Assembly: GCF_009914755.1 (NCBI RefSeq)
Contig: NC_060933.1
Direction: 5' to 3' (one strand)
Source of the DNA: the human T2T-CHM13v2.0 reference genome, Homo sapiens
Length of the DNA: 64,000 bases
The position numbers were made by a program, and so were the translations under genes. The notes under the pieces were generated by a model. That model worked only from the letters and a program-made list of their open reading frames with translations. It did no database searches and was not told where the DNA came from. Each line of letters opens with the position of its first letter. Within the stretch, counting starts at the first letter, position 1. Below are positions 56,286 to 64,000 of this stretch, in pieces.

Positions 56286-57554
56286 TTCAGCACTCATGCC
56301 ATTACCTTGTGCTTCAACAGACTTACACCACTTCCAGGCCTTTCTGCTCATCTCTATGGAAGTTGGCAACATAAGCATACTCTACTTACTAGGGATTGAT
56401 CATCCTACCAGCTATTACAGCCACCTCTCTGATACGATTTGTAGCATGTAAATCAGAAGCACAGGTGTGCCACAGCATGGATGAGTCCTTTGGGTTTTTT
56501 TGTTTTTGTTTTTATTTTTCGGGGAGCGGGGGTGTCGAGGGGTGGGGATGTACATCGTATACTATATCATCCTAAAGAACCTAAACTAAAAGGATCCTTA
56601 TTTCATTCCATTTTATGCTTTATAAGCACAAAACAATGAATGGATCTACATACAATTGTGGACAAAATCTCTCTGAAGGCATGTCTCCAGGAATTCCTTT
56701 GTGGAATGTAGTGATGAGGAAAGGAGGAAGGAGGTTCCAAGGGAAGGAAAAGAAAGGAGGGAAAAGTGTCCAAATAACTGTCTTTACATGCATTCACAAA
56801 CACACACACACACCCCCTCACAGTAGCCAATAGGCATGATTCTACAATTAGAGAATGCTAATGTAATGCCAGTATGCCTTGAGGAAGATCACAGTCTAGT
56901 CCTTTCATGTGGGGAAGAAAAGCCAAGAGAAGGAAAATCAATTACCTGTGAATAGCATCTTACAGGGGCCTCTCAACCTAACAAATGAAGAGACATGAAG
57001 CATATGCAGAGACATACGTTTCCTATGTGCAAGCATCAAGAATCCAGACCATATGATGTATAAAAGAGATGAAATAAGTTTTCAATTTATTTCCAGGGAG
57101 TAAATAAGTAACTGTTGAAGGAGGGAAACCAACCCCAGATGCTATTTAGGGCACCAAGCTTTACTTCACTACATGATGCTTGATATTCTGAAATCCATTC
57201 TGCCTTTCTCCCTTTCTCCTAAACACCTCCACCCCTTCTGCACATGAAAACAATGCTAAACAGTCTTTTCATATTTTGTTTATATTTTATGCTAGAGGAA
57301 GGTCATTTTTATATCTATACAATAATCTCTCTCACCTCCTTAGTTGCCACATTTTAAGTTACAGAAACTTTATTCAAAATGTTCACAAAGCACATTGCTT
57401 AAATTATAAATGAATCCAGGATCTGTCACAGTTTTTTTTGTGTGACCAAATTTGGGCATCTCTCTCTGTAGAAGCAGGACAATAGTCTTAGGTAAAGAAA
57501 ACCTTACTTGAATGCTTAACTTCAACAGAAGCCCAATGGGGGCTGGAGCAGACA

Positions 57555-57870
57555 CATAAATCAATGGTAGAATGCTGACTACCTGGGGCTGCAGGGTTTG
57601 GAATAGTTGGGAAGACATTGGACAAAGGATACAAAATTTTGGTTAGGAGAAACAAGTTCAAGAGATCTATTGTAGAACATGGTGAGTATAGTTAATATTA
57701 TATTCTTGAAAAATGCTAAGAGGGCGGATATAAAGAATTCTCACCACAAAAAATATAACTAGGTGAGTTAATGCATATGTAAATTAGCTAGGTTTAGTCA
57801 TTCCACAGTGTATATATACTTAAAAACATCATGTACATGGTAAGTATCTACAATTTTGTCTATTAAAATC
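57555..57870 (+). mobile_element. L1MA (L1MA8-like) 3' end
   Basis: aaggatacaaaatt...aagttcaagagatctattgtagaacatggtga...ttctcaccacaaaaaa...cattccacagtgtatatatac. Confidence 0.85.
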
Positions 57871-57921
57871 TGTAAGCATATAAACAGCAAATTAAAAAAT
57901 TCATAAAATAAGTAGGAATAG

Positions 57922-58238
<317 letters not shown>

Positions 58239-58519
58239 CGAATGGGAGTGGCCCCTGGTTATAATGCCATTTGCAATGGAGAATGACCATCTCCTACTAG
58301 AGCTGCCATGCCAAACCTCGTGGAGATTCATAGAATAGTCACTTAATAAATAAACACAAATATTTATTTTATTACAGTTTATTGCAAATCTAGGATATAT
58401 AATTTTAAGGCAACCTAGCAATAAGTTTAAGGGATGTTTTTACATTATGGTGGACTTTATAGGAAACAAATATTATTCTTGTGTCACATGTTTACATGTC
58501 AAATATAACTCTATTCAAG

Positions 58520-58650
58520 TTAACATGGAGGCTGCCTGCCACACTTGGGCTGCAAACATCTGTGATTACAGGATGTCAGCTTTTACGACGCACTGCATTC
58601 TAATCCGATAACCCAGTACACTGTTTTTCCATTATTCAATTCCGCATATA
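58520..58650. promoter_or_regulatory. Candidate posterior-HOX/PITX-type enhancer
   Basis: CATCTG 58557, TGTCA 58574, TTTTACGAC 58581, TAATCC 58601, GATAA 58607; retained CpGs. Confidence 0.35.
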
Positions 58651-60489
58651 GCTGAGAATAGGACACAGTATTTCTAAACCTTTTTTTTTTTAATCTAGAC
58701 TTCTGTATAGGATATATCTATACATTACATATTGAATTGAAGATATTACTGTTACCCTATTAACCCGGATAATACAAATAGTTGAACTAATTCAAGTTCC
58801 AAAGTAAAATTTCATGACTTGGATGATCCAGTTCAGCTGTCATGAAATAGGGATGAAAAACGGCACATTATAAAATTTTAGTAAAGTATTTTGCTTATAC
58901 TACAAAAGGGCCAGCATATGGTATTCCTAATAAAGAGATTAGATAGGAAGAACGAGAGGTATTTCCAAACTCTAGAATGCCACTTAGCAAAGCATCACTG
59001 TGGTATATTTTAGCGCTCCCTGTTCACCCAGCAGAGCGCTCAAATCTAAAGCAACTGGTATATTCCAAGAGAGTCACTTAGAACCACTCAGAGACTCTCA
59101 GTGTCTCTCCCATATCTTCTTATGGCTTGACCCATCCCCTGCTCCAGGGCAGCAGGGAATCTGAATCTGAATTAACTGTCCACATATATCAAATCAGCCA
59201 GAATACTGGAAAATCACGGCGTTTAGTACATGAATAGCAGTTGCCATTAGAGTACTGACGGCAAATGGATGATGTAAACAGAACTTTGAAAATGCACCGA
59301 AAAAAATAAAAAAGGAAGAATAGAAGTACTCCTTTAATTTTCTTAATTCTGGAGGGGTTTATGGAAATTTCTCTTCAGGGATCTTCATGAATCGGGCCAT
59401 ATGTACTTTATCTCTACAATTGGGAAAGGATAAGTGGCCCAAAGAGAGTGAATCAGCACAAGTCAAGTGGTTGAGGCATTTTGCAGAGTGATGAGACTCA
59501 GACAGGACTTCGCAAAGAAGCAACCAGGTGAAAAACAGGCTTCTCAGTGTTTCCCACATATCACCTCTATAATTCAGAGGACCAGAGTCATCTGTGGGCA
59601 AAGTGCAGCACAACCATCAACAAAAACAAAATTCTCACATCTTGTCTCATCTTAAAAGTGAATGAGAATTTTACGTTTGTCTCCTCAATGAATGTAATTT
59701 TAATATTAAATAATCCTTGTTTTCCTTCAATCTCTGAGAAAAGCTGATATTCCGGGAAGATGAGACATATTAACTTTATCATTTCACATATGCTTGGCTG
59801 CATCCCAGGACTTGAGTGTGTTCACGTGGCAGCACTGGACAGGGTGTTTAGGAGGTAACTCCATAAAGGGCAGCAGCACAGAGCATAGGAAGGATATGGG
59901 ATGTGAAGTCAGTTTCTTCAAGGTCAGGCTCTGTTTCATGTTTTGTGGTTTTGTCATCTTTTCTTACCTTTATTTTAGATTGATGAGTTGTGAAAAGCAT
60001 TGCCCTTATGATAGAAGTATCATGAAAATAAACTAAATTAATATGTGACAAGTATGTAACTGGATGCCTGAATCAGGTGGATGTGCATTCCACGGAAGCT
60101 TGTGTTACCATGTGAAGATCTCTGCTCATCCATACACAAAAACCACAGAACAGGAGCAATTTAGCACCACTCATAAAACAGGGCACTTAAAGAGTAAAAT
60201 TAAATAAAAATTATAAATCAACACAAAATCCACATTTGAACATCACTATTTAACTCAAGTTTATTTTTACTAATAGCTGGTTATAGGTACTAAATTACCC
60301 TGCAATAAATGATTTGCTCATAATTCATAAAAATGGAAGGGATACTTGAGTATTTTGAGGTTTTCCCTTAATCATTTGACTTTTTCCTTCCTTTTAACCG
60401 TATTTTTTCCTTATACAAATAATATAAAGGAGAAAAAATTCAGTATATTTCCTACATTAAAAACTCCAACATAAATGTTGAATAAGACA

Positions 60490-61040
60490 AGATTAGATTC
60501 ATATTAAGTTCTGATTACGAGCTGAGCTACTAAGGCTCACTGTAGCTCAGGCTCCCTATTAGTAAAGTGGGAGAACTAATTTTCTACCTATCCCTCAGGA
60601 CTGATATCGAGATTAAATGGGCTAACCTGTAGACTAAAGTGGTTTAAGAGTAGCACACATTTTAAGTATTTTGGCATAGCAGCACACTTTTTGTTAAGTG
60701 ATCTTTATCATCATCATTATTATTTGTTGTTGTGCAAACACTGCTCTTTCTGAACTGCAGTGCACCCATCTATTTCAAAGAGATAATACTTCACAGGATT
60801 GCTGTGAAAAGTAAAACACATATATATATTTTTTGTAAAGCACTTAGCATACTGTTCGGCACATATTAAATACTCAATAAATGGTGGCTATTATCAATTT
60901 CAGTATTCAGAGGAAAAAATCTGAGGCACTGGAAAGCCTAGGGTTTTTGTTCAACATTACATTGCTAGTTAGTGTCGATTCTGGGATGGGATCCTAGTTT
61001 TTCTGGTGCCCAGCCCAGTGTCCCAGCCACACCACATGGT
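60490..61040. mobile_element. Cluster of MIR fragments in both orientations
   Basis: gattaaatggg; tgtaaagcacttagcatactgttcggcacatattaaatactcaataaatg; gaggaaaaaatctgaggcac. Confidence 0.65.
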
Positions 61041-61981
61041 CTCCTATAGATACCTGAATCCAAACTAAAAACCAAGGGCTGATGCTTCTTTCCTCTCTGT
61101 TAGACAAATGAAAACTTAAACCATTCTATTTGAACAGCAAAAAAGCTGCGAAAGTCAAGGAGTGGGCATGCTAAGCACCACAGACTGACCTTTAAAGTAT
61201 TTACTCATAAATATTCAGTTCAATAGCCAAATGCCAGTCTTGGTGCACCACTGTGGTTTCATTCACTGTTTGAAGTTACAGGGACATTATTTCATCCAGT
61301 CTAGTTCTGCTGTGTTATTCTACTTAGTTTTTAGAAGAGCTTTAATTTCCTGGCACTTTTTATTTTCCATATAATCATTTCATTAAACCATACAACAGGA
61401 CGTGATCTGGTTTAGATGAAAGGGCAACAACAAGCCCCAGAAAAATAACTTTACTAGCCAGCTGCTAACATGCTGAAAGTAAGTTTTTCTAAGCCTAGCT
61501 AATTACATTAACATTTTCCACATCAACAACCATTATGGTTTTATATTTTCATGTTGAAATATTATATGGTCCTCCATCTAAATTTATGGTTTATTCTTTT
61601 CATAAATACTAGGATACTCAAAACACGTGATGAAAAAATAACATATCCAAAAGATTACATTTCTTATAATCACTAAAATAGATGTAATTCCTTACTTTTC
61701 ACAACTGAGAATGTTTTTCTTAATGGTATCCCCTGTAAAGTAAGAAAATAACCAAAAAGCTGATTGTTCATTTGTTAAACAAGAATATCAAAGTTAAATG
61801 AGCCTGACTCTGTTCTAATCAGAGGATATATATTTTTTTAACTATCACAAATATTGGTAGGACTTGCCAGTTGGGCAAAGCTATCCTTATGATGACGTCA
61901 CTAAAAGATGAGGAAAATGGAAGTGACCAACCAGAACATGGGGTAAAGGATGGAAAGAAAGGGGAATAAAAACCAGAGCAG

Positions 61982-62399
61982 GGCCAGGCGTAGTGGCTCA
62001 CACCTGTAATCCCAGCACTTTGGAAGCCTGAGGAAGGTGAATTGCTTGAGCCCAGGAGTTCGAGACCAGCCTGGGCAACATGACAAAACCCTGTCTCTAC
62101 AAAAAATACAAAAATTAGCAGGGCATGGTGGTGTGCACCTGTATTCCCAGCTACTGGCAGGGGTCAGGTGGGAGGACCACCTGAGCCTGGAAGGTCTGGG
62201 CTGCAATGACCTGTGTGTGATCCAGCCACTGCACTCCAGCCTGAGTGACAGGGCAAGACCCTGTCAAAAGAAAAAAAGAAAAGACAAAAGAAAAAAGAAA
62301 AGAAAAGAAAAGAGAAAAGAAAAGAAAGGAGGGGAGGGGAGGGGAGGGGAGAGAAAAGAAAAAAGAGGAGAGGAGAAGAGAGGAGGAGAAGGAAAGAGA
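61982..62399 (+). mobile_element. AluJ with expanded (GAAAA)n/(GGAGG)n tail
   Basis: J diagnostics; body ends 62265; TSD core AGAGCAG on both sides. Confidence 0.93.
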
Positions 62400-62666
62400 G
62401 CAGGAATAGCATTCATTATCACTTCCAGAAAGATGATGTTTCAATGTTAACTACTCCTTTTTGTACCTAAATATCAAGACCTTGTGAAAAGAAAAGAAAA
62501 GAAAAGAGAAAACAAAAGAAAACAAAAGAGGGGAGGGGAGGGGAGGGGAGGGTTTGGGAGGGGAGGGAAAGAGAGCAGGAATAGCATTCATTATAACTTC
62601 CAGAAAGACGATGTTTCAATGTTAACTACTCCTTTTTGTACCTAAATATCAAGACCTTGTGAAAAG

Positions 62667-62699
<33 letters not shown>

Positions 62700-62785
62700 A
62701 GGAAAGGAAGCAGGAATAGCATTCATTATAACTTCCAGAAAGATGATATTTCAATGTTAACTACTCCTTTTTATACCTAAATATC
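62254..62785 (+). repeat. Three-copy tandem array (Alu 3' end + purine microsatellite + 76-bp core)
   Basis: 76-bp cores at 62400-62475, 62575-62650 and 62710-62785; units of 221, 175 and 135 bp. Confidence 0.95.
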
Positions 62786-62939
62786 CTACAAAACATATCT
62801 CCTTTACACGATTCATCCAGTAAGTATATTTATATTTCATATTCCATTGTTTGCTTTTGTATGTTTGGCCATATCAATTCAAAAGCACTGAAAAATGTTC
62901 ATTTCATTTAAAGGCCAAGATTAAATGTATGAATTTGAG

Positions 62940-63320
62940 TCTATAGGCAAAGGATACAACTGGCAGCTGTACCTGAATTAAGTGGAGGTGTTTGAGTGAA
63001 ACTGTAGATAGATCATTTGAGAGGCTGTACAATGGAGAAAGGAAGCTGTTCAATTAAGGTGTTAGAAGCAAATCGGAAGGTAAGGAAAAACACAAGGGTC
63101 ACTTGTCAGTTATTACATGGGAATGCATTGGTCAGAAGAAGCAAGACAGAAGAATAAGTTAATGAAAATCCACATGCTTCGAACTTGGACACAGGGAGAA
63201 GGATGGCGGTACTATTGACTGAAATAAGAATGCAGTGTTTTGGAGGGATGTTCACTGAGGTGAGAAGAGGATGACAACTTCTGGGGGACCCTGAGGCTGG
63301 TGGGACCACCCACATACAAG
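62940..63320 (-). mobile_element. L2 fragment
   Basis: Purine-rich L2-antisense-like text; minus-strand translation VNSTAILLPV resembles L2-derived sequence. Confidence 0.4.
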
Positions 63321-64000
63321 TGGTACCTGCCTCAACTTTTCTCCAGTAGAGAACAATGAAGACATTTCACATTCTTTTTTATGCAAGACTATTAGCATGT
63401 TTTAAACAATTGCCTCTAGAGTGATTATTTAAAATTATAATCGATTAGTTTAAATCATGATGTGTTCTGTGATTGGGTATGGCATTGTTATGAACTACTA
63501 CCGTGCCTTCAGACTGATTAGGTATTAAAACTTACAAAAAGGAAAGGATTATTAATAACACCAGTAGTTAGTACTTTCATGTGTTTATATTCAACATTCT
63601 GTCAATAACAAAACCCTAACATTTATTCATTAGTAAAAAAAGACTTATATTTTACTTATATTTGGTGTGCGTGCTGGGCAAAGGGTAGGATGTCTTAGCT
63701 CTCCATTACTTCCAACACATAACAGGTATTCAAAGAATGTTACTTTTGAATAGACTGAATAACAAATATAAAAAAGCACATGTAGATTAAGACAAAGTTA
63801 CTCTGCAAATGTTTTAAAAGAGAAATGGCATTCTTTCATCTCAGTGGCCTCTTCCATTTCTAGAAGAGAGAGCAGGAAGGGGAAGGGAAAGGTACTATCC
63901 CTGACATTAATGCTAAGGGTGTAAACATTATAATATCTTACTTTGCCTTCCTTCTGGGAAACAGAGCACTTCAACCATATCTAGAAATACTTGAGAGACT

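Noticed and set aside
59010-59040. CTCF-like sequence around two AGCGCT motifs
   Set aside because: Both orientations lack key core positions; too weak without a PWM scan or ChIP data
60667-60677. TAGCAGCACA, the miR-15/16 family 5' end
   Set aside because: Lies in a MIR 3' fragment; the rest of the mature sequence and the hairpin are absent
62400-62785. CRISPR-like repeat/spacer appearance
   Set aside because: Eukaryotic context; 76-bp repeats; spacers are homologous Alu-tail microsatellites; no cas genes

Overview
AT-rich, repeat-rich primate (most likely human) genomic DNA. I found no recognisable protein-coding exon, CpG island, intact RNA gene or CRISPR array, and I could not identify the locus by eye. 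The window contains about 20 Alu copies or fragments (J, S and Y), fragments of old L1, L2 and MIR elements, MaLR LTRs (THE1, MLT1), one intact ERV1-class solo LTR with a 4-bp target-site duplication (TSD), and DNA-transposon relics (MER47, MER5, MER1B). Most L1 pieces lie on the + strand and the + strand looks A-rich. That suggests, by inference only, a large intron of a minus-strand gene. None of the listed ORFs looks real: they are repeat-derived or chance. The best-supported oddities are: two tailless small-RNA retrocopies with clean TSDs (U2 nt 1-34 at 4202; 5S rRNA nt 1-42 at 49894); a three-copy tandem array built from an Alu 3' end, its tail and 76 bp of flank (62254-62785); an apparently 5'-inverted old L1; fused or internally deleted Alus; an orphan L1 5'UTR with internal repeats; and several non-repetitive, CpG-retaining islands with clustered TF motifs (candidate enhancers). 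I see no convincing evidence for a novel biological system. Repeat subfamily names come from remembered consensus sequences and need RepeatMasker/Dfam confirmation, and boundaries of old repeats are approximate.
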